64,000 nucleotides of DNA from an uncultured Trueperaceae bacterium (lineage in GTDB: Bacteria > Deinococcota > Deinococci > Deinococcales > Trueperaceae). Under the pieces are notes generated by a model, which was given only the letters and a program-made list of their open reading frames with translations, did no database searches and was not told the DNA's origin. This document shows positions 9,070 to 19,127 of this stretch, piece after piece. The translations under genes and the position numbers were made by a program. Position 1 is the stretch's first letter. The number at the start of each line of letters is the position of its first letter. The DNA lies in assembly GCA_963799485.1 (NCBI GenBank), contig CAWCXJ010000008.1:160001-224000 (forward strand). Direction: 5' to 3'.

Positions 9070-10071
9070 GTGCAGTTCGGGTCGTCTCACCGCAGCATCT
9101 GGCGGCAACGTGTGGTCGGCAGTTTAGTCGCGTTGCCGGTCAATGTGACGCTCTACCTCGTCGGCCTACTTCCCTTGCAGGGGCCGCAGCTGCTCATCTT
9201 TCTTGCACTTTTGGTCGTCTACGTCGGGGCGCTTTTTGCCAGAGACGGACGCAGCCCTATCGCCTGGCCGCTCTACCTTTGTGAAGCTGCCGCTTTAGCG
9301 CTGTTTATCCGTGAGACGGGCGGGACGACGAGCCCTTTTCAGGTGCTCGCCTACCCGCTCATGTTCGGTTCGGCGCTGACGCTGCTGCTTGGCGGCTTGC
9401 GCCCTGTTGTCGTACCCTGTCTCGCGCTGCTTACCGGCGCAGCTCTTGCGCTTGGTGGCTGGGGTACGGGTGGGTTTACGCTTTTCGCCCTCGTCAATAC
9501 CGTTGCCCTTACCAGCATGATCGCCGCCTTGCTGACGCTTAACCTCGAGCGCCGCACGGCGCGAACCGATCCGCTCCTGCCGATGGTGCTTAACCGCAGC
9601 GCCGGGCTCGAGCGGCTGACGGACTTGGCCGGCGGCAGAGGCGCGTTCTACCTGTCGTTTATCGATTTGGGCGGATTCAAGGAGATTAACGACACTTACG
9701 GTCATCACGTCGGCGACGAGGTGTTGTGGGCCGTGGCTGAACGTTTGCGTGCTTCGGTACGGGCGCCGGACATCGTGATGCGTTACGGGGGCGACGAGTT
9801 CGTCGTCGCGACAAAAGCTGCCATGCCGGGGGTTCGGCTTGCGAAACTTTTTGCCGTACCCGTAAAAACTTCAGCCGGGCCTATTCCGGTGCAGGTAGAT
9901 ATAGGCGACGTGCCGTATTCGCCCGGCGACGCGCTGCCTGAACTGTTGCGCCGCGCCGACCTGCTGATGTACGAGAGAAAGCGCTCACGACGCGCCGCGC
10001 CTCGTAACGTCCCGTTCGTAGTTTTGCCGAGGCCCGAAAAAGACGAGGTTAAGGCTCGCTCGCGCGTCTAA
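9070..10071 (+). CDS. Membrane-anchored diguanylate cyclase
   Basis: N-terminal TM helices; FKEINDTYGH, RAPD I-site (RxxD) and RYGGDEF. Confidence 0.9.
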   Translation: MQFGSSHRSIWRQRVVGSLVALPVNVTLYLVGLLPLQGPQLLIFLALLVVYVGALFARDGRSPIAWPLYLCEAAALALFIRETGGTTSPFQVLAYPLMFGSALTLLLGGLRPVVVPCLALLTGAALALGGWGTGGFTLFALVNTVALTSMIAALLTLNLERRTARTDPLLPMVLNRSAGLERLTDLAGGRGAFYLSFIDLGGFKEINDTYGHHVGDEVLWAVAERLRASVRAPDIVMRYGGDEFVVATKAAMPGVRLAKLFAVPVKTSAGPIPVQVDIGDVPYSPGDALPELLRRADLLMYERKRSRRAAPRNVPFVVLPRPEKDEVKARSRV

Positions 10072-10180
10072 AACCGTGCTGTACGGGGCGCAGCTGTCGG
10101 GGTCGGCGCTAAACCGTCGTCTCTCTTACACGTGCCGGTAAAAAGGGCAGCGTAGAGTTTGAGAGAAAGCGAGGCTGATT

Positions 10181-11077
10181 ATGACACAAAACCCGAATGC
10201 AGGCGCGAGCGGTACCTTTAAGCTGGGCGGCGACATAGAGGTCAACCGGCTCGGCTTTGGCGCGATGCGGCTTACCGGTGAGGGAATCTGGGGCGAACCC
10301 GACGACCGCGATGAGGCGATTCGTGTTCTTAAGCGTTTGCCCGAACTAAACGTCAACTTTATCGACACTGCCGACTCTTACGGCCCTTTCGTCAGCGAAG
10401 ACCTTATTCAAGAAGCGCTCCACCCTTACGACGGGCTCGTCGTTGCTACCAAAGGCGGCCTGACCCGGCACGGCCCTAACGTGTGGCCGCCTCTGGGTCG
10501 CCCCGAATATTTGCGGCAGTGCGTACTGATGAGCCTCCGCCGCCTGGGGCTAGAGACCATCGACCTCTGGCAACTTCACCGTATCGACGCTAAAACCGAC
10601 CGCGATGAGCAGTTTGCGGTAATTGCCGAGATGCAAGAAGAAGGGCTTATCCGCCACGTCGGACTGAGCGAAGTCAGCGTCGAAGAGATTCAGGCGGCGC
10701 AAAAACACTTTACGGTAGCGAGCGTACAAAACCTCTACAACCTCGTAACGCGTCAGAGCGAAGACGTTCTGGACTTCTGTGAAACGGAAAACATCGGCTT
10801 TATCCCGTGGTTCCCGCTCGCTTCGGGCAGCCTGGCGCAAGAGGGCAGCGTGCTCGACGACGTAGCGAAAAAACTAAACGCCTCGCCTTCGCAAGTGGCG
10901 CTTGCCTGGGTTTTGAAACGGAGTCCGGTGATGCTGCCGATCCCCGGCACCAGCAAGGTTTCACACCTGGAGGAAAACGTCGCCGCTGCGTCTTTAGAGC
11001 TGGGCGACGAAGACTTTAGCGCGCTTGATAAAGTAGGTAAGCAAGAGTCCGAACGGCAACAGCAAGACGCTGCTTAA
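10181..11077 (+). CDS. Aldo/keto reductase
   Basis: [38 protein letters not shown]. Confidence 0.95.
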   Translation: MTQNPNAGASGTFKLGGDIEVNRLGFGAMRLTGEGIWGEPDDRDEAIRVLKRLPELNVNFIDTADSYGPFVSEDLIQEALHPYDGLVVATKGGLTRHGPNVWPPLGRPEYLRQCVLMSLRRLGLETIDLWQLHRIDAKTDRDEQFAVIAEMQEEGLIRHVGLSEVSVEEIQAAQKHFTVASVQNLYNLVTRQSEDVLDFCETENIGFIPWFPLASGSLAQEGSVLDDVAKKLNASPSQVALAWVLKRSPVMLPIPGTSKVSHLEENVAAASLELGDEDFSALDKVGKQESERQQQDAA

Positions 11078-11106
11078 GCTGGTTGGCTGGTTTTACCGCT
11101 ATTTTG

Positions 11107-11143
11107 GATGTGGTCCGCGCAGCGGACTACATCTTGTTTTATT
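11107..11143 (+). terminator. Rho-independent terminator
   Basis: GATGTGGTCCGC/GCGGACTACATC stem followed by TTGTTTTATTT. Confidence 0.7.
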
Positions 11144-11322
11144 TAGTTGTTTTATTCAGCGTCCTAAAATCTGCACCCGACGTACAGCAGTTGAGGCACG
11201 CTTGGTCTAGCGCTACATTATGTATTGTACTATACCTAGCTATGCAGTAAGCCCGACATAAGCTCATAGAGGTTGTTACCCGGTTGGCAAAGTGGGTAAC
11301 TTAAAAACCTTTAAGGAGCCTT

Positions 11323-11916
11323 ATGCCTAAAATCGGAATCATCATCAGCACCGACCGCGATACCCGTTTCGGTGACAAACCCGCCCAATGGCTTTACGAC
11401 GCGGCGCGTAAACGGAGCGACCTCGAGTTTGAAATCGTCGACCTCCGCGACTTCCCGCTGCCTTTTTTTAACGAGGTCGCCTCGAATCTCTGGGCCCCGA
11501 CCCAAAACGAAGTCGGTATTCGCTGGCAAAACAAGCTTGCCGAGTTCGACGGGTATATCTTTGTTACCGCCGAGTACAACCACAGCGTTCCGGCGGTGCT
11601 TAAAAATGCGCTCGATTACGCCTACAACGAGTGGAACAAAAAGCCTGCAGCTTACGTCGGCTACGGTTCGGTAGGTGCAGCGCGAGCTATCGAACAGCTG
11701 CGCCTGATTCAGGTTGAGTTGCAGATGGCCCCCTTGCATAAAGGCGTTCACATTCAGGGCGGCGACTTTATGGCGGTGTGGCAGGGCGGACAGAGCCTCG
11801 AGTCCCTCACCCACCTGCAACCTGGGGTTGAAGCGATGCTCGACGAGCTGGCGTGGTGGACGAACACGCTCAAAACGGCGCGTGAGCAGCCGACGCCGGA
11901 ACTCGTCGCCAAGTAG
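11323..11916 (+). CDS. NADPH-dependent FMN reductase (flavodoxin-like)
   Basis: VTAEYNHSVPAVLKNALD and GSVGAARAIEQLR; RBS AAGGAG. Confidence 0.92.
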   Translation: MPKIGIIISTDRDTRFGDKPAQWLYDAARKRSDLEFEIVDLRDFPLPFFNEVASNLWAPTQNEVGIRWQNKLAEFDGYIFVTAEYNHSVPAVLKNALDYAYNEWNKKPAAYVGYGSVGAARAIEQLRLIQVELQMAPLHKGVHIQGGDFMAVWQGGQSLESLTHLQPGVEAMLDELAWWTNTLKTAREQPTPELVAK

Positions 11917-11940
11917 CAGCACCGAGAAAAGCAGTACTGA

Positions 11941-11978
11941 GAAAAAACGCCGAACGGCAGCTCGACCGTTCGGCGTTT
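11941..11978. terminator. Probable bidirectional terminator
   Basis: AAACGCCGAACGG-loop-CCGTTCGGCGTTT between convergent genes. Confidence 0.7.
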
Positions 11979-12019
11979 CGAGTTCTTTCTAAACAAGGTC
12001 GTATACAGCAACCGGCTAG

Positions 12020-13120
12020 CTAGAAGCCGTACACCTCATGGCGTTTTTCAGAAAGCTTGTTGTGATAGCCGGTTTCTGCCAGATATTTGTCGAACGTTTC
12101 AAAGTCAACTTGCTGCTTGTTGTCTGAAAGGGCAACCGCCGGGTTCGGATGCACCTCGATCATGATGCCGTCCGCGCCGACAGCTAACCCGGCTTTAGTC
12201 AGCGGCACGAGCAGGTCGCGGCGTCCGCCGGAGTGCGTCACATCGACCAACACGGGGAGGTGGGTCTCGAGCTTGGCTAAAGCCACCGCCGACACGTCGA
12301 GCGTGTTGCGGGTGTACTTCTCAAAGGTGCGGATACCGCGTTCGCAAAGGACGACGTTGCTGTTGCCTTCGTAAAGCAGATACTCCGCCGCCATCACCCA
12401 TTCTTCGATGGTTGCCGACAGGCCCCGTTTGAGCAGAACGGGTTTTTTGGAGCGCCCGACCGCCTTCAGGAGCGTAAAGTTTTGCATGTTGCGCGCGCCG
12501 ATCTGGAGCATGTCGGCGTATTCTATAAACGCGTCCAAGTCTTTCGCGTCCATAATTTCAGAGATAAACTCGAGGCCGTAGCGGTCGCAAACGTCGCGGC
12601 CTAATTTAAGCCCTTCGGCACCCAAACCTTGAAAACTGTAGGGGTCGGTACGCGGCTTGAACGCGCCGCCCCGTAAAAGTTTAACCCCGCGTTCAGCAAC
12701 GAACTTGGCAACTGTGTCCAGCTGCTCGGCGGATTCGATGGAACAAGGCCCGGCGACCAAAACGGGCGAATGGTGGCTGCCGATAGCTACGTCGCCCAGG
12801 TAAACCACGGTGTCGTCGGTGTGGGTTTGCCGCGAGGTCAAATACTTGACCTTATCCGAGGCATCTTCTAGCTGCATACTCGCCTGAAAAATGCTTTTGA
12901 ACAAGCTTTTGACCACGCCGTCGCTAAAAGGGCCACGGTTCGCGGCTGTCAGCGCGTCCAGCATCTCACTCTCACGTACCGGGTCGTAATGCGAGGTGCC
13001 CAGCTGAGTCTGAAGCTCACCGATCTCTTCGGCTAGGCCGGCACGTTCGGAAAGCAGCTCGAGCAGTTGCAGGTTGAGCGCGTCAATGCGGGTTCGTAAA
13101 GCTTGAATCGTCGTTTGCAA
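12020..13120 (-). CDS. Bifunctional chorismate mutase / DAHP synthase (type I-beta)
   Basis: N-terminal AroQ-like LRTRIDALNLQLLELLSERA; AGPCSIES, RGGAFKPRT, IGARNMQN, LKRG, CERGIR. Confidence 0.95.
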   Translation of the reverse strand: MQTTIQALRTRIDALNLQLLELLSERAGLAEEIGELQTQLGTSHYDPVRESEMLDALTAANRGPFSDGVVKSLFKSIFQASMQLEDASDKVKYLTSRQTHTDDTVVYLGDVAIGSHHSPVLVAGPCSIESAEQLDTVAKFVAERGVKLLRGGAFKPRTDPYSFQGLGAEGLKLGRDVCDRYGLEFISEIMDAKDLDAFIEYADMLQIGARNMQNFTLLKAVGRSKKPVLLKRGLSATIEEWVMAAEYLLYEGNSNVVLCERGIRTFEKYTRNTLDVSAVALAKLETHLPVLVDVTHSGGRRDLLVPLTKAGLAVGADGIMIEVHPNPAVALSDNKQQVDFETFDKYLAETGYHNKLSEKRHEVYGF

Positions 13121-13817
13121 GGGGCACCTTCTGCTGAGACACGCGCACGACGACGATGCTCAGCTCATAGAGTAAAACCAGCGGAATGGCAACGAGTGCA
13201 AAGTTCAGCGGGTCGGCTGTCGGTGTAATCACCGCCGCCAAAATGCAGCTTACAACGATTTCGTAACGCCGCACCCCGACAAGCATAGGCGCGTAGATAA
13301 GACCCAAACGCGCCAGCAAAAAGCTGATGATGGGCATCTCAAAGATAAGCCCGAAGACGCCCATGTAGAGCAAGACTTTTGAAATATAGTCACCGATGCG
13401 GGGCAGGAGTTCGACTTGACTCCCCAAAAATCCAACGATTATAGGTAACGCCAAAGGTAAAATAACGTAATAAGCAAACACAATGCCGGAACCAAAGGCC
13501 AGTACGGTGAGAAAAACGAAAGGCACAGCCCAGCGCCTTTCTTCGGGTAACAAACCCGGCGCGATAAAGCCCCAGATTTGTCCAAGGATAATAGGAGAAG
13601 CGAGTGCTAAACCGAAGAAGGCCGTGACCTGCATAGAAACGTTAAAGGGCTCGAGAATCCCCGTAGCAATCAGATTGATATTATCGGGCAGCGGTGCCCT
13701 TAACCATGCAATCAGTGGAGTACGAAAATAAAAAGCTGCCACCGCTCCTACCAACCAGCCCCCCAGGGCGATAAACAGGCGCGTTCGCAGCTCGGCGAAG
13801 TGGTCGATTAGGGTCAA
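13083..13817 (-). CDS. tatC: Twin-arginine translocase subunit TatC
   Basis: MTLIDHFAELRTRL, WGFIAPGLLPEER, FEMP, AVITPTADP. Confidence 0.96.
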   Translation of the reverse strand: MTLIDHFAELRTRLFIALGGWLVGAVAAFYFRTPLIAWLRAPLPDNINLIATGILEPFNVSMQVTAFFGLALASPIILGQIWGFIAPGLLPEERRWAVPFVFLTVLAFGSGIVFAYYVILPLALPIIVGFLGSQVELLPRIGDYISKVLLYMGVFGLIFEMPIISFLLARLGLIYAPMLVGVRRYEIVVSCILAAVITPTADPLNFALVAIPLVLLYELSIVVVRVSQQKVPLANDDSSFTNPH

Positions 13818-13886
13818 GCGCAGTTCCTCGAGTCTAGCAAGCGGTCAACGTAACAGTTCAACACAGTAACAGACGCCGTACCGGAT

Positions 13887-14219
13887 TTAGGCTTTGACTT
13901 CTTCTTTGGCCTCATCGTGAACAGGTGAGACTTTGACCTCGGCGGACTTTACTTCAGCAGGTTGTGCTTCAGCGGCTGAAACGGTCGCTACGGACGGCGA
14001 GGTGGGCGATTCGACGATTTTCGCTTGCTTGGGCGCGGTTTGTGCGGGTTCGTCGTCGCGGTCGATGTCGTCTTTCATGTCGCGGATACCTTTGCGGAAC
14101 TCGCGCACCGACTGACCGATGCCTTTGGCCATCTCCGGCAAACGCTTGGGGCCAAACACCAACAGCACGACAACTAAGATAATAAGCAGTTCGGGTACAC
14201 CTAATGGGCCAAGTCTCAT
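13887..14219 (-). CDS. tatA: Twin-arginine translocase subunit TatA
   Basis: GVPELLIILVVVLLVFGPKRLPEMAKGIGQSVREFRKG; RBS GGAGGAGG. Confidence 0.95.
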   Translation of the reverse strand: MRLGPLGVPELLIILVVVLLVFGPKRLPEMAKGIGQSVREFRKGIRDMKDDIDRDDEPAQTAPKQAKIVESPTSPSVATVSAAEAQPAEVKSAEVKVSPVHDEAKEEVKA

Positions 14220-14276
14220 AACAGCCTCCTCCTATCAATTTAGCACCTCTCGGATGAGGCGCACGTTATGGAACGT

Positions 14277-14321
14277 TAAAAAAGGGGGTGTGAAGAAGCG
14301 AACCACCTCACACCCAAAAAA
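14277..14321 (-). terminator. Terminator after the ferritin-like gene
   Basis: GGGTGTGA/TCACACCC stem with an A-run on + (U-tract on -). Confidence 0.6.
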
Positions 14322-15299
14322 CTAGAGCGCGAGCAGCTGACCGAAGGCGTCCTCGAGTCCTGCCGGAACCGTGATGCCGTTGGGGAAAAAACCGCCTTGA
14401 GCAGTACCATCTGCCAAGTAAACGATGTTGGCAACCTGACGAAAAGTACGTGCGAAGGCAACCGAGTTTTCGTCGGTCGGGTTGATGTTGGCTTCACCGT
14501 CAAGCACGATGCCCTGGTCTTTACCGCCGCCGACACTGCCACGCAAGTCGGAGATACCTTGCACGACGTCGGCGACCGGTAAGCCGAAGGGTGTTTGGGT
14601 CTCGCGTAAGCCGTAAAGGAGCGTGCGAATCTGACCGGCGTGGTACGCCTCGACTGCGAGGATACCGGCAGCGTTTTGCAAGACGATGGGTTTGTTCGTC
14701 ACGTAAGGAGCCGCACCGTTGTAGGCGGTTACGCCGACATCTTCAAAGATGAACGCACCGTGAAGGAAGAACAGTTCATTGGCAAAGGGATTAAAAGCAG
14801 CGGCAGTTTCGGCGTCTAGGCCGAAGGCGGCAGCAGCGGCGGCGGCGAAGGCGGGGCCGAGGTCTAGAACCGGACGGTCGGCAACGGGGGCGTTCAAAAC
14901 GTCGCCGAGCGCGGCACGTAGGAAAAGCACGTGAGCCAGCTCATCGTTGGCAATCTCGTTGGCGTAAGACGCGATTTCGGGGGTGTCGAAGGCAATTGAA
15001 GTCATCCCGTCGAAGCCGTCAGGCAAGATGATCTCGGCGTCACCACCAACGGTGTTGATTTCGTCGATGCGGCCTACAGCAGCGAGGTAGAAGGCGGCCT
15101 CGAGGTACTCCAAGTTCAGCGCGAAGTTGAGGATAGCGGGGTCGAGGTTGGTGGTGGGAGTAGGCGTGGGGTTAGGGCTGGGTTGACCGATAACGCTGCC
15201 GCCACAGGCGGTTATTACGGCTCCGGTTCCCAGCAGTCCTAAATTGGCTAACAGACGGCGACGGTCGACTTTACCCTTAAACAGCTTCTGATAATCCAT
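14322..15299 (-). CDS. Ferritin-like domain protein of desiccation-related PCC13-62 type, Tat lipoprotein
   Basis: DRRRLL twin-Arg signal and ITAC lipobox; ILNFALNLEYLEAAFY, EIANDELAHV, FEDVGVTAY, ILAVEAYHAG. Confidence 0.9.
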   Translation of the reverse strand: MDYQKLFKGKVDRRRLLANLGLLGTGAVITACGGSVIGQPSPNPTPTPTTNLDPAILNFALNLEYLEAAFYLAAVGRIDEINTVGGDAEIILPDGFDGMTSIAFDTPEIASYANEIANDELAHVLFLRAALGDVLNAPVADRPVLDLGPAFAAAAAAAFGLDAETAAAFNPFANELFFLHGAFIFEDVGVTAYNGAAPYVTNKPIVLQNAAGILAVEAYHAGQIRTLLYGLRETQTPFGLPVADVVQGISDLRGSVGGGKDQGIVLDGEANINPTDENSVAFARTFRQVANIVYLADGTAQGGFFPNGITVPAGLEDAFGQLLAL

Positions 15300-15610
15300 A
15301 ACTATCCTTGTCCTTTCAAATCTCGGTTCACACTTAAAACGCTGGAAGCTCTATAAGTGCGACCCACGCCGAGGGGTTCGTGGGATAATGTGGGCTTCCT
15401 GTTACTTATACACCCCGTAAACAAAATTGGATGAGGTATTCGGTCGCAATTGTGATAGAGAGTGTAGTTTTTTACGGGCACGCGCTTTATGTGGAATTTT
15501 ACACGCGCCCGAACACTCGTGATGGTGCCAGGGCCTTGATTGCCAAGACGGGCTGTAGCTTCGTATACTGCTAGGGCAAGACAAACTTAAAGCAAAGTGG
15601 AGGTTGACGG

Positions 15611-16699
15611 ATGAAGCGTCGGGATTTTCTCAAAAAGTCCGGAGTTATAGCGGCGAGTAGCGCCTTTTCGCCTTTGATGTTTGCGAGCGCGCAGGGGAGT
15701 ATTCGCCTCGAGATGGTCAGCTCGTTCCCGTCGTCGCTGGATATTATTTACGGCGGCGGCGAGTCGGTCGCGCAAAACTTAAAGGATTTGACCAACGGTG
15801 AGGTCGAGGTGACGGTCTACCCGGCAGGCGCGCAGATAGGCGGTTTGGAGGTCTACGACGCCGTGTCTTCGGGGGCGTTCGCCCTCGGACACAGCGCCTC
15901 GTACTACTACACGGGCCGCGACCTCGCACACGCGTTTTTTGCCGCCGTACCTTTTGGTTTGACGGCGCAGCAGCACGACGCCTGGATTATCGCCGGGGGC
16001 GGGCAAGAGCTGTGGGACGAGATCAACGCGCGCGACAACCTCATCGCCTTTGCTGCGGGCAATACCGGCACCCAGATGGGCGGCTGGTTTCGCCGCGAAA
16101 TCAACACGCCCGAAGACCTGCGCGGCCTGACCATGCGGATTCCGGGTTTCGGCGGTGAGGTCATGTCCCGCGCCGGGGTCAACGTGCAAAACCTGCCGGG
16201 CGGTGAAATCTTCCTGGCCCTCGACACCGGCGTCATCGACGCGACCGAGTGGGTCGGCCCCTACGACGACGAAATCCTGGGCTTAAATCAGGCTGCACCC
16301 TACTATTACAGCCCGGGTTGGCACGAACCCGGCGCGACGCTCTGCTTATACGTCAACCTGGATACCTTTAACGGGTTCCCGCCGGAAATTCAGGCCGCTG
16401 TGCGGCTCGCGGCGAGCGCTGCCAACAAAACGATGCTCGCACGTTACGACGCCGCCAACGGCCCGGCCCTGCAACGTTTGCTAGATTCCGGCACCGAACT
16501 CCGGAGCTTTTCGCCGGAAATTTTGAGTGTGCTCGAGGGTCACATGGCGGACGTTCACACGGCAAATACCGAGGGTAACGAGTTTTACGCGCGGACTTTA
16601 GAGAGCTTCAGCACCTTCCGCGACAGTGTAAGGGCGTGGCACAAGCAGGCGGAGTACGCCTTTCAAAACTTTATCTATACCCAAGAAGAGCAGAGTTAA
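15611..16699 (+). CDS. dctP: TRAP transporter substrate-binding protein (TakP/keto-acid-like), Tat-exported
   Basis: MKRRDFLK signal; GNTGTQMGGWFRREI, MRIPG, EWVGPYDD. Confidence 0.92.
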   Translation: MKRRDFLKKSGVIAASSAFSPLMFASAQGSIRLEMVSSFPSSLDIIYGGGESVAQNLKDLTNGEVEVTVYPAGAQIGGLEVYDAVSSGAFALGHSASYYYTGRDLAHAFFAAVPFGLTAQQHDAWIIAGGGQELWDEINARDNLIAFAAGNTGTQMGGWFRREINTPEDLRGLTMRIPGFGGEVMSRAGVNVQNLPGGEIFLALDTGVIDATEWVGPYDDEILGLNQAAPYYYSPGWHEPGATLCLYVNLDTFNGFPPEIQAAVRLAASAANKTMLARYDAANGPALQRLLDSGTELRSFSPEILSVLEGHMADVHTANTEGNEFYARTLESFSTFRDSVRAWHKQAEYAFQNFIYTQEEQS

Positions 16700-16715
16700 A
16701 CCGGGTTCAAGTTGT

Positions 16716-16743
16716 AAAAAGGCTCTCTTTCGGGAGCCTTTTT
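16716..16743. terminator. Bidirectional terminator between dctP and dctM
   Basis: AAAAAGGCTC...GAGCCTTTTT. Confidence 0.8.
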
Positions 16744-18118
16744 AGCCTCGAGGATTCGCCAGAGACGGCAACCAGTTGACCAACCCTGGAAACAGCACCA
16801 AGAGCAGCAGCGCGACGAGTTGCAGCAAGATAAAGGGGATGATGCCCCGGTAAATGTGGTGCGACTTGATACTAGGCGGCGCGACCCCTTTGAGGTAAAA
16901 GAGGGCAAACCCGAAAGGCGGCGTTAAAAACGACGATTGCAGGTTCATCGCTACCAAAATACCAAACCAGGTCATCATGTCTTGCCCGAAATACTGCACC
17001 GCAATCGGCACCACAAACGGCACCACGATAAACGAGATTTCGATAAAGTCGATGAAAAACCCGAGCAGGAAGATCACCAGCATCGTAAAGAACAAAAAGC
17101 CCCACTGACCGCCGGGTAGGTTGAGCAAAAAGTTATCGACCACGCGGTCGCCGCCGAGCGCCGTAAACACCATGCTGAAGGCCGTCGCCCCGACCAGGAT
17201 GATAAACACCATGCTGGTCAGGATGACCGTCTGACGCATCGCTTCGACGAGGTTTTTGAGCGTGAGGCGGCGGTTTAACGCAGCAAGCAGCGCCGCGCCG
17301 AGTGCGCCCATCGCGCCGGCTTCGGTCGGGGTAGCGAAACCGAAAAAGATGCTGCCGAGCACGAGCAAGATAAGAAACAGCGGCGGCACGAGGCTTTTGA
17401 GTACTTTGAAAACGAGTGCGCCGCCGCGTAAGGTACGCGCTTCAGGCGGCAGCGCAGGCGCGTCTTGCGGGCGCGTGACGGCGACGAAAATCACCCACAG
17501 GATAAAGAGTCCGGAGAGCATCAAGCCCGGAATCAGCGCGCCCAAAAAGAGTTCGCCGACCGGAACACCGATCTGATCGCCTAAAATAACCAGCACGATA
17601 GACGGCGGAATAATCTGCCCGAGCGTTCCCGACGAGGCGATGACGCCCGTCGAGAGGGTTTTGCTGTAGTTGTACTTGAGCATCACCGGGAGCGCCAAGA
17701 CGCCGATGGTCACGACCGACGCCCCGACGACGCCGGTCGAGGCGGCGAGCAGTGCGCCGACCGCGACGACGGAAATAGCGAGCCCGCCGCGCAAGGAGCC
17801 GAACAGCGCCCCCATGGTCTCGAGCAGCTCTTCAGCCAGGCCGGACTTTTCCAACATCACCCCCATAAAGACGAAAAAGGGCACCGCGACCAGCGTGTAG
17901 TTGTCCATGATGTTGCCGTAAATCCGGTTCGGCAAGATGTTCAGCCGCGCCAATGGGAACACCGAATCCCAGGGCAGCGTCAGCCCCCATGAGGGTAACA
18001 GGTCGCTGGCGATGAGCGTAAATAAAACAGCCGTCCCACCCAGACTAAACGCGACCGGATAGCCGATTAAGAGGAGCAAAATTGCGACGCCGAACATCCA
18101 CAAGCTCAGGTATTCCAC
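16742..18118 (-). CDS. dctM: TRAP transporter large permease
   Basis: AVPFFVFMG, SGTLGQIIPPSI, ATPTEAGA, LTPPFGFALFYL. Confidence 0.95.
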   Translation of the reverse strand: MEYLSLWMFGVAILLLLIGYPVAFSLGGTAVLFTLIASDLLPSWGLTLPWDSVFPLARLNILPNRIYGNIMDNYTLVAVPFFVFMGVMLEKSGLAEELLETMGALFGSLRGGLAISVVAVGALLAASTGVVGASVVTIGVLALPVMLKYNYSKTLSTGVIASSGTLGQIIPPSIVLVILGDQIGVPVGELFLGALIPGLMLSGLFILWVIFVAVTRPQDAPALPPEARTLRGGALVFKVLKSLVPPLFLILLVLGSIFFGFATPTEAGAMGALGAALLAALNRRLTLKNLVEAMRQTVILTSMVFIILVGATAFSMVFTALGGDRVVDNFLLNLPGGQWGFLFFTMLVIFLLGFFIDFIEISFIVVPFVVPIAVQYFGQDMMTWFGILVAMNLQSSFLTPPFGFALFYLKGVAPPSIKSHHIYRGIIPFILLQLVALLLLVLFPGLVNWLPSLANPRG

Positions 18119-18708
18119 TAGCGGCCCGCCTCGGTCGGCGTTTGGACGGTCTCGGCTGAGGTTTGAGGCGTCTCATTGCCGATCACGACCGGATACCCGC
18201 GTAGCAGTGCAATACGTTTAATCAGCTCGCTGACGCCCTGCAAGATGAGCAGCCCAAAAGCGATAAGAATCACCGTTTTAATCGGGTAAACGGGCAAGCC
18301 CCCGGCGTTGGTGTTGACCTCGCCCTGCTGCCACGAACGCCCGACGTAGCCCCAGCTCAGGTAGAGCGAGAGCGCACAAAAAGGAAACAAAAAAAACAGC
18401 GTCCCGAAGATGTCGATCCACGCCCTGACACGCGCGCTGGTGCTGGCGTAGATGATATCGACCCGGACATGACCGTCTTTGTTCAGCACATAGGCTGCGC
18501 CGAGTAAAAAGATGAGGTTAAAGAGCTGCGTCTGCAGCGCAATGTAGAGCGTGCCGCCGAGCGACACCCCGAGTGAGCGCCCGGCGTAACGCGTCACGAC
18601 GTTAAACGCGCCGATAAAGACCATCACCAGCGTCAGCCAAAACATCACCCGACCGACCACCGTGGTTACTGCGTCGATTCCCTTTGAGATACCCAGCCAA
18701 GCTTTCAC
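18118..18708 (-). CDS. dctQ: TRAP transporter small permease
   Basis: 4 TM helices, GHVRVDI; start refined to GTG 18708 after RBS GGAGG. Confidence 0.9.
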   Translation of the reverse strand: MKAWLGISKGIDAVTTVVGRVMFWLTLVMVFIGAFNVVTRYAGRSLGVSLGGTLYIALQTQLFNLIFLLGAAYVLNKDGHVRVDIIYASTSARVRAWIDIFGTLFFLFPFCALSLYLSWGYVGRSWQQGEVNTNAGGLPVYPIKTVILIAFGLLILQGVSELIKRIALLRGYPVVIGNETPQTSAETVQTPTEAGR

Positions 18709-18854
18709 AGACCCGCCTCCACCTTTGGCAAATTGTTTTTGCAATAATCTGCACAAGTATAACTTGAGCGGTCGGTAGGCTCGAGCCTGGCTCCGCTGTA
18801 GGGGCGTCCGGTGTGGGTTCGGCTCGAGCGAAGCTGTGGTTTTTTGTGCCCGGA

Positions 18855-19118
18855 TCAGCCGGTAAACTCAAACGACCCGGCAAACGTCCACAGGCCGCCC
18901 GCGTAACGCCACAAACTCAGGCCGAGCGCGTCGCCCGCAAGCGGCTGCCATTCAGGAGCGAGAGCGCCGTAAAGAACCCCGACCTCGGCTTTGGGAACCT
19001 TGTTCTGAACCGTTACATGCGCTCTGTAATGCGGTCTGTAACCCTGTCGGTCTTGCGGCGTCAGTTGGTCTCGCCAGCGCTCTGCCAACTTTTTGAGGTC
19101 TGGCAGGTCGGGGCTCAC
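18855..19118 (-). pseudogene. C-terminal half of a 2'-5' RNA ligase (2H phosphoesterase) family gene
   Basis: Only one HxT motif (QDRQGYRPHYRAHVTVQNKV); no room for the N-terminal half before the upstream stop at 19128. Confidence 0.6.
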
Positions 19119-19127
19119 GAGCCTTAA

